This document shows positions 21,888 through 34,582 of a DNA stretch of 54,198 nt, in pieces. Position numbers and translations under genes: made by a program. The notes beneath the pieces were generated by a model, which ran no database searches, was not told where the DNA came from, and saw only the letters and a program-made list of their open reading frames with translations. The stretch is from NCBI GenBank assembly GCA_040235495.1, contig JBECKV010000147.1, positions 1 through 54,198 of the forward strand. The letters run 5' to 3'. This DNA is from Porticoccaceae bacterium. GTDB taxonomy: Bacteria; Pseudomonadota; Gammaproteobacteria; Pseudomonadales; Porticoccaceae. How positions within the stretch are numbered: position 1 is the first letter of the stretch; each line of letters opens with the position of its first letter.

Positions 21888-23234
21888 ATGAATGCCGTCC
21901 ATGACAGCCTGTCAGCCTTTCGCACCGAGTTAGAGGCAGCCCGGCACCTTTATGTGGCCTACAGTGGCGGCCTCGATTCCCACGTCCTCTTGCATGGGGT
22001 CAGACAGTTACTGGGCACGGACCGCCTGAGCGCGATCCACGTCAATCATCAACTTTCACCCGAGGCCGGGCATTGGGCGGACCATTGCCGCGCGATATGT
22101 GATGAGCTAGGGGTGGATTTTATTTGCTCTCAGGTCGAAGTGCCTGAGCAAGCCAGTCGCGAAAATGCCGCGCGAGAGGCCCGATATCGGGTTTTTGAGC
22201 GGCAGCTCGGCGAGGGCGATCTGTTGCTCATGGCCCATCACGCCGATGACCAGGCCGAGACCATCCTCTATCGCCTCATGCGCCGCTCGGGCCCTCGGGG
22301 CCTAGCGGGCATGCCCGGAAGCAGGCAGCTGGGCAGGGGGCGTTTGCTGCGACCGCTGCTGTCACTGGCAAGAAGCAGCCTGGCTGCCTACGCGCGCAGG
22401 TGGAATCTGAGTTGGGTGGAAGATGCTGCCAACCGTTCCCAGCAGTTTGACCGGAACTTTTTGCGCCACGAAATCATTCCCCGCCTGGCTGACCGCTGGC
22501 CGAATTATGCCACGCGCATTGCCGACGCCGGCGGACTCTGTGAACAGGCTGCCCGGCTTAACGAGGATCTGGCGAGACTGGATTTGCAGACTTTGGCCAG
22601 GCGCCGGGAGCGCCTTGGTCTGAGCGTTGAAATCGCGCCTTTGAGGGCGCTGGACAGAGCCCGCCAGGCCAATCTGTTGCGCCATCTGGCGACCCAAGCA
22701 GGTAGGCAACCGCCGGGTCATCGCGTCATTGACGAGGTGCTCGACCACGTGCTGTCGGCCGGCGCCGGACGCAATCCCCTGGTGTGCTGGCCTGACGGGC
22801 AGTGGCGGCGCTTCCGTCACAGGCTTTATCTTTTGCCCGTGGAATATACGACCGCCCGCTTCAGAGAGGGAGCCGACGCTGATTGGAATCAGACCTGGAG
22901 CCCGGCCGAACCCCTGGGGTTGCCGGATGGCGCGATCCTTGACTCGGAACCGTGTGTCGGTAGCGGATTGAAAGTGGAGCTGCGCGGAACCCTGAGTATC
23001 CGGGCTCGCAGCGGTGGCGAGCGGTGTCGACCGGCGGGACGCGCGGGCAGCGCTGGTTTGAAGAAGCTGTTTCAGGAATATAGCCTCGAGCCCTGGCTGC
23101 GCGACCGCGTACCACTGGTCTATTTTGGCGCTGAACTGGTAGCGGTGGGAGATCTATGGGTATGCGAGGGTTTTCAGGTCGGCCCCAATCAACAGGGTTG
23201 GCGCCTGACTTGGCATTACCCGATGTCGGGATGA
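21888..23234 (+). CDS. tilS: tRNA(Ile)-lysidine synthetase
   Basis: PP-loop 'VAYSGGLDSHVLL' and 'AHHADDQAETILYRLMRRSG'. Conserved accA-tilS-pyrG order. Confidence 0.9.
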   Translation: MNAVHDSLSAFRTELEAARHLYVAYSGGLDSHVLLHGVRQLLGTDRLSAIHVNHQLSPEAGHWADHCRAICDELGVDFICSQVEVPEQASRENAAREARYRVFERQLGEGDLLLMAHHADDQAETILYRLMRRSGPRGLAGMPGSRQLGRGRLLRPLLSLARSSLAAYARRWNLSWVEDAANRSQQFDRNFLRHEIIPRLADRWPNYATRIADAGGLCEQAARLNEDLARLDLQTLARRRERLGLSVEIAPLRALDRARQANLLRHLATQAGRQPPGHRVIDEVLDHVLSAGAGRNPLVCWPDGQWRRFRHRLYLLPVEYTTARFREGADADWNQTWSPAEPLGLPDGAILDSEPCVGSGLKVELRGTLSIRARSGGERCRPAGRAGSAGLKKLFQEYSLEPWLRDRVPLVYFGAELVAVGDLWVCEGFQVGPNQQGWRLTWHYPMSG

Positions 23235-23352
23235 TGATTCCTGCCGGCCGGCGGCCAGGGATGAGCGTTTGCGCGGCTGATTTCATTGAGCGGCTTGCCG
23301 CTTTCTGGTAGTCTGAATTCCCATTCTTGAGAGGCTTCGTTTGCACGCCTGA

Positions 23353-25933
<2,581 letters not shown>

Positions 25934-25966
25934 AGTCTAACGGGTGCCATACGTCCGCGCGGATAA

Positions 25967-27295
<1,329 letters not shown>

Positions 27296-27333
27296 TTCGC
27301 CCAGGGACTTCAGACACGCGGAGGAGAACGCAC

Positions 27334-27618
27334 ATGCGCTGGTTGCTGTTGGGTTTGATTCTCCTCGTGGTCCTGTTCCAGTATCAATTGTGGTTTGGTG
27401 AAAACAGTCTGCGAGAGAAGGGCAAGCTGGAGTCGCGCATTCACAAGCAGGTTGGCGAAAACGAAAAACTAAAAGCCCGTAATCAGGAACTGGTGGATGC
27501 CGTATCCGGACTCAAGGAGGGGTCCGAGGGTATCGAGGAGCGCGCGCGCCGCGACCTTGGCATGGTCCGGGAGGGCGAGACCTTCTACATGACGGCCGAC
27601 GAGGACAAGAAGCCGTGA
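27334..27618 (+). CDS. ftsB: Cell division protein FtsB
   Basis: 94 aa. It has one N-terminal TM segment ('MRWLLLGLILLVVLFQYQLWFG') followed by a coiled coil. Conserved eno-ftsB-ispD position. The ORF-track start at 27190 overlaps eno and is rejected. Confidence 0.85.
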   Translation: MRWLLLGLILLVVLFQYQLWFGENSLREKGKLESRIHKQVGENEKLKARNQELVDAVSGLKEGSEGIEERARRDLGMVREGETFYMTADEDKKP

Positions 27619-28346
27619 ACCTCTGGGTGGTGGTCCCCGCTGGGGGCGCCGGTGCCCGGTTTGGCGGCAACCAGGCCAAGCAATACAGCCCGCTGGCGGG
27701 TCGAACAGTGATGGAACACACCCTTGAGCGCTTGCTGTGCCTTGCCTGTGAACTGCTCGTGGTCGCGGTTAGGCCTTCCGACCCCGACTGGCCGCGCCTT
27801 GAAATCTCCCGTGATCCGCGGGTGAGAACGGTCGCCGGAGGCACTGAGCGGGCTGAGTCGGTGCTGAGCGCCTTGCAATTTCTTGGCCATCGAGCCGACG
27901 AAAGGGATTGGGTACTGGTCCACGACGTCGTTCGGCCCTGTGTCAGACCCGCGGATCTACTCATGTTGCATCAAACGCTGGCCGAAGACCCGGTGGGCGG
28001 CCTGCTGGCAACGCCGGTGGTGGCGACCCTGAAACGGGTGACCGGAGGTGCCGATGAGGGCCCGGCGGCTGGCCGAGTGGTCGAGAGTCCATCCCGGGAC
28101 GGGCTCTGGCAGGCGGCGACGCCCCAGATGTTTCGCTACGGCCTGTTACGCCAAGCCCTTACGGAGGGGCTTGCGGCAGGGTGGCTCCTTACCGATGAGG
28201 CCAGCGCGCTCGAGCAGGCCGGGTATCAGCCACGGGTGGTGCGCGGGCGGCCAGACAATATCAAAATAACCTTCCCGGAAGATTTGCCGCTGGCGGCGGC
28301 CATCCTCGAGGCCCAGGCCGGGGAAGGGTGGGAGCAAAACAGATGA
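27615..28346 (+). CDS. ispD: 2-C-methyl-D-erythritol 4-phosphate cytidylyltransferase
   Basis: 'VVVPAGGAGARFGG' P-loop-like motif and 'VLVHDVVRPC'. The GTG start overlaps the ftsB stop (GTGA). Confidence 0.93.
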   Translation: MNLWVVVPAGGAGARFGGNQAKQYSPLAGRTVMEHTLERLLCLACELLVVAVRPSDPDWPRLEISRDPRVRTVAGGTERAESVLSALQFLGHRADERDWVLVHDVVRPCVRPADLLMLHQTLAEDPVGGLLATPVVATLKRVTGGADEGPAAGRVVESPSRDGLWQAATPQMFRYGLLRQALTEGLAAGWLLTDEASALEQAGYQPRVVRGRPDNIKITFPEDLPLAAAILEAQAGEGWEQNR

Positions 28347-28882
28347 TCCGCGTTGGCCAGGGCTATGACGTTCACGCTTTTGCCGGCGAGGAAGCCGGAG
28401 GAACGGCTGGCAGCACCGAATCGTATGTGACACTGGGTGGTGTACGGATTCCCCATTGCAGGCCGTTGGTGGCCCATTCCGACGGTGATGTGCTGGTGCA
28501 TGCGCTGTGCGACGCCTTGCTTGGAGCGGCGGCACTGGGCGATATCGGTCGCCTGTTTCCAGACCATGATTCCCGGTACCGGGGTATTTCCAGTCTGCTG
28601 CTATTGGAAAATGTGATTGCCAAACTGGAATCCGCTGGCTGGATATTGCTCAATGCTGACATGACGGTGATCGCACAAAAGCCGAAAATAGCGCCCCACG
28701 CCCAAGCCATGGTCAATCGCCTGGCAGGCACGATCGCCTGTCGGCCAGAGCAACTCAGTATCAAGGCGACCACCTCGGAAGGTTTGGGCGCCATGGGGCG
28801 TGGTGAGGGAATCGCTGTCCAGGCAGTGGCGTTAATCAGGCGTCGAGACGACAAGGAATTTGAAAACGGGAGTTGCCAATGA
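28343..28882 (+). CDS. ispF: 2-C-methyl-D-erythritol 2,4-cyclodiphosphate synthase
   Basis: 'IRVGQGYDVHAF', 'HSDGDVLVHALCDALLGAAALGDIG' and 'KATTSEGLG'. ATGA overlap with ispD. Compared with E. coli IspF as I recall it, it has a ~10-aa insertion after DVHAF and a short C-terminal tail. Confidence 0.93.
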   Translation: MIRVGQGYDVHAFAGEEAGGTAGSTESYVTLGGVRIPHCRPLVAHSDGDVLVHALCDALLGAAALGDIGRLFPDHDSRYRGISSLLLLENVIAKLESAGWILLNADMTVIAQKPKIAPHAQAMVNRLAGTIACRPEQLSIKATTSEGLGAMGRGEGIAVQAVALIRRRDDKEFENGSCQ

Positions 28883-29382
28883 GCAGAATTAATAAAAATC
28901 CGTACGCGTACCGGGCTCCATGGAGGGTGGTCCTGGGTGTTGTCGTTGGCATTAACACAGCGCCCGTGCTGGCCGAGCATGAGCGGGACCGAAATCATGA
29001 GGTGCGACATGCCGCCGCCGAGATCATCCTCTCCGAAGTGTTGTTTGGTGACCATGACCGGCGGGTGTTGAACGATTACCTGCGCCGAGAAGCGTGGACA
29101 CCGCCTGGCCAGCGGGGCGAGGACCTTCCTCCCGGTCTGCGCAAGAAGATCGCGCGCGGTGGCGAGTTGCCCCCCGGCTGGCAGAAAAAACTACGGCGCT
29201 GGGATGTTCTGGATGAGGAAATCTACCGCTATTCCCGGCCGGTACCCGATTACGTGCTGGATGCCATATTGCATCACCCCGAGGGCACCAGTGTTCGCCG
29301 GATCGACGACCGTATCGTGCGCGTACTGGATGCCACACGCACCGTTCTGGACGTCCTGTACCTTGTCGACCACCATCGCTGA
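28879..29382 (+). CDS. Secreted hypothetical protein with a CigR-like LPPG repeat
   Basis: The ATG at 28879 overlaps the ispF stop (ATGA). Signal-like 'WRVVLGVVVGINTAPVLA'. 'LPPGLRKKIARGGELPPGWQKKL' resembles the LPPGxxKKxARGxxLPPGxxKK repeat I recall from CigR-family proteins. The assignment is from memory only. Confidence 0.6.
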   Translation: MSRINKNPYAYRAPWRVVLGVVVGINTAPVLAEHERDRNHEVRHAAAEIILSEVLFGDHDRRVLNDYLRREAWTPPGQRGEDLPPGLRKKIARGGELPPGWQKKLRRWDVLDEEIYRYSRPVPDYVLDAILHHPEGTSVRRIDDRIVRVLDATRTVLDVLYLVDHHR

Positions 29383-30409
29383 TTCGCTGCTGGCCCTCGA
29401 CTACGACTACAGTTGGGGAACGCCGCTCGGATGCGCGAGCGTGCGCTGTCGACCCGAGGATTTTGTCGTTGAGGAACGCTTTGATCCGGCATTGACCGGC
29501 GCGGGTGACCACCTCTATCTGCGGGTGCGCAAGCGTAACCAGAATACCATCTGGGTGGTCGAAGGTCTGGCGCGGCGACTGGGCGTGGAGCCGCGAGATG
29601 TGGGTTATTGCGGGCTCAAGGACAGGCGCGCCCTGAGCAGCCAGTGGTTCAGCGTTCGAGTCCTTGATCAGGATGCCGATCACCTGGCCGCGCAGTGGGC
29701 GGGCGGCAGGGATTTTTTACCGGAGTGCGCACTGCTTGCCTGGGGGCGACACCAACGCAAATTGCGCCATGGCGCTCATCGGGGTAATGACTTTCTGATT
29801 ACCCTGCGGCGGCTGGATGCTCCCCGCCAGGCTCTTGAAGAGCGCCTGGCAATCATCAAGGCGCGGGGAGTGCCCAATTATTTTGGCGAGCAACGGTTCG
29901 GCCGAGAGGGCGCCAACCTGAGAGCAGCGGATCGTTTGCTGGCGCGGCTCAGTGGCCTTGGCAAATCCCGTGGCGCCAGAGATGGCAGACCGGGGGGTGG
30001 TAGGGCGGGAAGCAGTAAAGAAGGATTGTATCTTTCCGCGGCACGCTCCCACCTGTTTAATCGCGTGTTGTCAGCGCGTGTCCGTGATGGCAGCTGGCGG
30101 ACGCCGGAGCGGAGCGAGCCGGTCACCACAGGCCCGCTTTGGGGTCGGGGCAGGCCAGCGACTACCCCTGAGCTTCAATTGCGTGAGCAGGCAATCCTGG
30201 CGCCCTATGATCAGTGGTGTCACGCCCTGGAGCATCTGGGATTGGCCCAGGAACGGCGACCCCTGGTGTTGGCGGTGGAAGATTTTCAGTGGCGATGGCG
30301 AGGCGAGAATCTGGAGCTAGGTTTTGGTTTGCCGCCCGGGTCCTATGCCACTGCCGTGCTCCGGGAGTTGGTGTTCACACGTGGGCCGGAAGATGACGCT
30401 ATGCTATAG
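29330..30409 (+). CDS. truD: tRNA pseudouridine(13) synthase TruD
   Basis: 'PEDFVVEE', '[14 protein letters not shown]' (catalytic Asp) and '[12 protein letters not shown]' motifs. The start is uncertain. The ATG at 29330 overlaps the upstream gene by 53 nt, the TTG at 29363 is an alternative, and neither has a clear SD. Confidence 0.88.
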   Translation: MPHAPFWTSCTLSTTIADSLLALDYDYSWGTPLGCASVRCRPEDFVVEERFDPALTGAGDHLYLRVRKRNQNTIWVVEGLARRLGVEPRDVGYCGLKDRRALSSQWFSVRVLDQDADHLAAQWAGGRDFLPECALLAWGRHQRKLRHGAHRGNDFLITLRRLDAPRQALEERLAIIKARGVPNYFGEQRFGREGANLRAADRLLARLSGLGKSRGARDGRPGGGRAGSSKEGLYLSAARSHLFNRVLSARVRDGSWRTPERSEPVTTGPLWGRGRPATTPELQLREQAILAPYDQWCHALEHLGLAQERRPLVLAVEDFQWRWRGENLELGFGLPPGSYATAVLRELVFTRGPEDDAML

Positions 30410-30477
30410 TTCGGCGCTTGTTTGCGCCTAATTTCAATGAGGGAGAAGCAGGCTTGGTAGACCTTGATGGCGTGGGC

Positions 30478-31119
30478 ATGACGTCCCGGCGCACCCGTGA
30501 ACGCTTGATCCAGCGTCTGAAAGACAAGGGCATTAAAAATCAGAAAGTGCTCGATGTGATGCGCGCCACACCGCGGCATCTGTTTCTCGACGAGGCGCTG
30601 GCTCATCGCGCCTATGAGGATACCGCTCTGCCCATCGGCCACGCTCAGACTATATCCCAGCCTTATATCGTCGCGTTGATGACCGAATTACTGTTGTCCC
30701 ATGGTCCGCTCAAAGCGGTACTGGAAGTAGGTACGGGCTCCGGCTACCAGGCGGCGGTACTGGCCCAGCTGGTGGCACAGGTTTATACCGTCGAGCGCAT
30801 CAAACCACTGTTGACCAGGGCCAGGGAGCGGTTTCGGCAACTGGATTTGCGCAATATCACCTGCGCCTACACGGATGGTGGCGTGGGCTGGCCTAAACAT
30901 GCGCCCTATGACGGGATCATCAGTACCGCGGCTCCGGAAAATGTGCCCGATGAGCTGCTTTATCAGCTGGCGCCCGATGGCATTCTGGTGATCCCCGTGG
31001 GGGGGGATGACAGTCAGGAGCTGAGGGTGATTACCCGCGTCGGCGACAGCCAGAACTATGAAGAAGAGGCGGTCGAAAAAGTGCGTTTTGTGCCTCTCTT
31101 GAGTGGTCTCTCCCGCTGA
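30478..31119 (+). CDS. pcm: Protein-L-isoaspartate O-methyltransferase
   Basis: '[14 protein letters not shown]' N-terminus, '[15 protein letters not shown]' and the SAM motif '[16 protein letters not shown]'. Confidence 0.93.
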   Translation: MTSRRTRERLIQRLKDKGIKNQKVLDVMRATPRHLFLDEALAHRAYEDTALPIGHAQTISQPYIVALMTELLLSHGPLKAVLEVGTGSGYQAAVLAQLVAQVYTVERIKPLLTRARERFRQLDLRNITCAYTDGGVGWPKHAPYDGIISTAAPENVPDELLYQLAPDGILVIPVGGDDSQELRVITRVGDSQNYEEEAVEKVRFVPLLSGLSR

Positions 31120-31139
31120 TATTCAGGCAGGTATGCACA

Positions 31140-32084
31140 TTGGCTAACCTGCGTCGCTATCTCGCGCTTTTCTGGACCGGGGTGGCCATGGGCGCCGCCG
31201 ATGTCGTGCCAGGAGTTTCTGGCGGCACCATCGCGTTTATCTCGGGCATTTATGAGCGCCTGCTATCGGCCATCGGCTCGTTTGATTCGCAAGCGGCAAG
31301 GCTGCTAATGCAAAGGCGTTTTAAAGCTTGCTGGCGGCATGTGGATGGTGGATTTCTGCTCGTGTTGTTCAGCGGTATCCTCTTGAGCATCGTGACGTTC
31401 GCGCGCCTGTTGACCTATTTGCTGGCTCATCGGCCGCTGCTGGTCTGGGGCTTCTTCTTTGGTCTGATCGCCGCTTCCATCATTTTCATCTGGCGACGGA
31501 TCAAGCAGCGGGACCTGGTCTGCTGGTTGCTGCTTCTGATGGGAGCAGCGGTGGTGGTGGCCAGCGCCTTTGCGCCCCAGGCCCGGTTGGTCACTGAAGC
31601 GGGACCACACTCGCTGTATATTTTCGGCGCCGGCGTCCTTGCTATCTGCGCGATGATTTTGCCCGGTATCTCCGGGAGCTTTGTCTTGCTGCTATTGGGT
31701 ATGTATCCGGTGATTCTTGAAGCTGTTGTCGAACCCCGACTGGGGGTGCTGGCGATTTTCGCTGCCGGCAACGTGGTTGGTCTGTTAAGCTTTTCCCGCC
31801 TGCTCTCATGGCTGCTGCGACGTTATCACAACGCTACCCTGGCGACCCTGACCGGATTTCTGACTGGCTCCCTGGCCGTGGTCTGGCCCTGGCGACAGGT
31901 GCTGCAAAGCAGTGCTGCAGGGGGTGAGCCAGCCGTCAGACTTAAACTGTATATGCCCGCTGACTACCTCCAGGCGGTGGGCGATCCGCAAAGCGCGGTG
32001 GTGCTGGTGTTAATGGCCGTGGGCCTGATTCTGGTCCTGGCCCTCGAATATCTGGGTGGCGGAGGCCGGCGGGAGCGGCTTTGA
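31140..32084 (+). CDS. DUF368-family polytopic membrane protein (putative polyprenyl-phosphate translocase family)
   Basis: 'MGAADVVPGVSGGTIAFISGIYERL' and a second 'LPGISGSFVLLLLGMY' repeat match the DUF368 signature as I recall it. About 8 TM segments. The TTG start at 31140 is uncertain, and the ATG at 31188 is an alternative. Confidence 0.78.
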   Translation: MANLRRYLALFWTGVAMGAADVVPGVSGGTIAFISGIYERLLSAIGSFDSQAARLLMQRRFKACWRHVDGGFLLVLFSGILLSIVTFARLLTYLLAHRPLLVWGFFFGLIAASIIFIWRRIKQRDLVCWLLLLMGAAVVVASAFAPQARLVTEAGPHSLYIFGAGVLAICAMILPGISGSFVLLLLGMYPVILEAVVEPRLGVLAIFAAGNVVGLLSFSRLLSWLLRRYHNATLATLTGFLTGSLAVVWPWRQVLQSSAAGGEPAVRLKLYMPADYLQAVGDPQSAVVLVLMAVGLILVLALEYLGGGGRRERL

Positions 32085-32108
32085 TTCGCGCTCGGCCCGG
32101 ATGGACTA

Positions 32109-32951
32109 ATGAAAACCAGTGCTTCGGCGACGTTCAACCGGCCTGATATCCATCTGGGTCTTGTCGTCGTCTTGGCGTTGTACCTGGGGGCCTGCGCTTC
32201 CAACCCGGCGCCAGTCAGTACCCGGACCCAGCCGCCCAGCCAAAAGGTTAACCATCATATTGTCGCGCCTGGCGACACTCTTTTTTCGATCGCGTGGCGC
32301 TATGAAAAGGACATGGATGCGCTGGCGCGCAGCAACGGCCTGACCTCTCCTTATCTGCTGTTACCGGGCCAGCGTTTAACGCTGGATACCTCGGTGGTAG
32401 CACCATCATCCCGGCCGGCCACGACGACCAAACCCACCACTAGGCCGTTGGAGCAGTCGCTTGAGCGGAACACCAGAACAAAAACCGAGCCAGCTCGGCA
32501 GCAAAGTATACCGATCGAAAGGCCGGTGAATAAAACTCCGACAGCCCCCATTGCTGCGGTTCCAAACAGTCCGGCGAGTGGTAAATTGCATTGGCAGTGG
32601 CCTGTTAAAGGCCCGGTATCGCGCCAGTACGATGCCGGCAAAACCTTCAAGGGGATCAATATCCAGTCGCTGCCCGGTCGGGAAGTACTCGCGGCCGCCG
32701 ATGGCGTGGTCGCCTACGCTGGCAGCGGGCTAAGGGGCTACGGCAAGCTGATTATCGTCAAACACAGTGATGTTTACCTGAGCGCCTACGCCCACAATCA
32801 AACCATCGCGGTCAAGGAGGGAGACCGTGTTAGCGGCGGTCGCCAGATTGGTACCGTGGGCGGCGATCCCGACAATCGTGGGCGGCTTTATTTTGAGTTG
32901 AGAGAAAACGGTAAACCGATCGATCCGACCCGGCTGTTGCCCAGGCTGTAA
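32109..32951 (+). CDS. nlpD: Murein hydrolase activator NlpD (LysM + degenerate LytM lipoprotein)
   Basis: Lipobox 'LYLGAC'. LysM segment 'HIVAPGDTLFSIAWRY'. The C-terminal M23-like domain lacks the metal ligands ('RLYFELR' in place of HLHFE). Located immediately upstream of rpoS. Confidence 0.9.
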   Translation: MKTSASATFNRPDIHLGLVVVLALYLGACASNPAPVSTRTQPPSQKVNHHIVAPGDTLFSIAWRYEKDMDALARSNGLTSPYLLLPGQRLTLDTSVVAPSSRPATTTKPTTRPLEQSLERNTRTKTEPARQQSIPIERPVNKTPTAPIAAVPNSPASGKLHWQWPVKGPVSRQYDAGKTFKGINIQSLPGREVLAAADGVVAYAGSGLRGYGKLIIVKHSDVYLSAYAHNQTIAVKEGDRVSGGRQIGTVGGDPDNRGRLYFELRENGKPIDPTRLLPRL

Positions 32952-33132
32952 AAATATTATTTAGCAGTCCGTACCAAAAAATGTCATAAAAAATAGACAG
33001 ATAAAAATTCTTATTAACTTGTTTTCTGCTTTTATGCGGATAAGTAATGCTTGCGAACGCAGGGTTTTGGTGGCAGTTTGAGAGTCTGTTGCGCGACCGT
33101 TCCGGTCAAGAGTGCAGCGACGGGGGGTAACT

Positions 33133-34038
33133 ATGGCACGAGGTACGAAAGCCAAAGGGACGTGTAAACCTGAACAGGAAAGCCTGGAAAAGGGTGGCGT
33201 CGAGCGGGATTTCGATGCCGCCAGCCTGTATCTGAAGGAAATCGGTTTTACACCCCTGTTGTCGGCTCAGGAAGAGGTTTACTACGCCAGCCGAGCCCGC
33301 GAGGGCGATGCGGCTGCGCGTCAACGCATGATTGAGAGCAATCTGCGGCTGGTGGTCAAAATTGCACGCCGCTACGTCAATCGCGGTATCGCCCTGCTCG
33401 ATCTGATCGAGGAGGGCAATCTGGGCTTGATTCGGGCGGTCGAGAAATTTAATCCTGATCTGGGATTTCGTTTTTCCACCTACGCCACCTGGTGGATTCG
33501 CCAGAACATCGAACGTTATCTGATGAATCAGGCCCGCACCATTCGGCTCCCGGTCCACGTAGTCAAGGAACTCAACAAATATCAGCGCGCGGCGCGCAAG
33601 CTTACCCAGCAGCTCGATCATCAGCCTACCCCCGAGGAGATTGCCGAGTACCTGGAAAAGGATCCTACCGAAGTACGCAGGATGATTCGCCTCAGTGAAC
33701 GGGTGGCGTCAATCGACAATACGGTCAGTGAAGACGGCCGCACGGTACTCGATTTCCTGGTTGATGCCGAGGGCGAAAGTCCGGATGCGCGGGCTGAGGG
33801 TGACGATGTCACCATCGCTCTCGGTGAAGTACTCGATCGCCTTTCAGCCAAACAGCAGGAGGTTCTGGCCCGGCGTTTTGGTCTGCGTGGTTACGACATC
33901 GCGACGCTTGAAGAGGTGGGTAAAGCCGTGGGGCTTACCCGTGAGCGAGTCCGGCAGATTCAACTGGAGGCGCTGGCGCTGTTGCGTGACTCCCTGGTAA
34001 AACGGGGTATAGATGGTGAATTGCTATTTAGCGATTAA
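33133..34038 (+). CDS. rpoS: RNA polymerase sigma factor RpoS
   Basis: Sigma-70 regions 2-4 ('[12 protein letters not shown]', '[18 protein letters not shown]', '[11 protein letters not shown]', '[20 protein letters not shown]'). nlpD-rpoS synteny. The ATG at 33133 follows GGGGGG. Confidence 0.93.
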   Translation: MARGTKAKGTCKPEQESLEKGGVERDFDAASLYLKEIGFTPLLSAQEEVYYASRAREGDAAARQRMIESNLRLVVKIARRYVNRGIALLDLIEEGNLGLIRAVEKFNPDLGFRFSTYATWWIRQNIERYLMNQARTIRLPVHVVKELNKYQRAARKLTQQLDHQPTPEEIAEYLEKDPTEVRRMIRLSERVASIDNTVSEDGRTVLDFLVDAEGESPDARAEGDDVTIALGEVLDRLSAKQQEVLARRFGLRGYDIATLEEVGKAVGLTRERVRQIQLEALALLRDSLVKRGIDGELLFSD

Positions 34039-34071
34039 TCCGGAAATTTTCCATACCATTCTGGCCCCGGC

Positions 34072-34395
34072 CTAGCGTTCCAGCAGGGCCAGTTTGCCAG
34101 GCTTGCCTTCCCATTCCTTGGCGTCTTCGGGCGGATCTTTTTTGATGGTGATATTGGGCCATACCTCCGCCAGTTCAGCGTTAAGTTCCAGGAATACTTC
34201 CTGTCCTTCCGGAATTTCGTCCTCGGCATAAATCGCCTCGATGGGGCATTCGGGCTCGCACAGCGCGCAATCGATACACTCGTCGGGGTGAATGACCAGG
34301 AAATTGGGGCCCTCATAAAAGCAGTCGACCGGGCACACCTCCACGCAATCGGTGTATTTACACTTGATGCAGTTTTCGCCGACGATAAAAGTCAT
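34072..34395 (-). CDS. fdxA: Ferredoxin FdxA (7Fe, 3Fe-4S + 4Fe-4S type)
   Basis: 107 aa, '[29 protein letters not shown]...[12 protein letters not shown]'. The ORF-track start at 34512 is an extension. Confidence 0.93.
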   Translation of the reverse strand: MTFIVGENCIKCKYTDCVEVCPVDCFYEGPNFLVIHPDECIDCALCEPECPIEAIYAEDEIPEGQEVFLELNAELAEVWPNITIKKDPPEDAKEWEGKPGKLALLER

Positions 34396-34582
34396 GTTCC
34401 TGGTCCTTACTGTGCGCAGGCGGTGTTGGCTGTTAAAACGCCTGGGCTGTTGAAAAAGAGGCGCGCCATTATAGCCGAACCCGATTAAAACGACTGTCTC
34501 TGCTTGGTGCACTTTTCACTAAGGTTATTACCGCCGGGTATTTTTTCGGATGCCACCTGGACCCCGGGCACTGTCCGGGGGA

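Noticed and set aside
28343-28882. IspF insertion (~10 aa after 'DVHAF') and C-terminal tail as a sign of a fused or novel domain.
   Set aside because: The insertion is short, Gly/Ala/Ser-rich and in a loop position. All catalytic motifs are intact. It is most likely lineage-specific loop variation.
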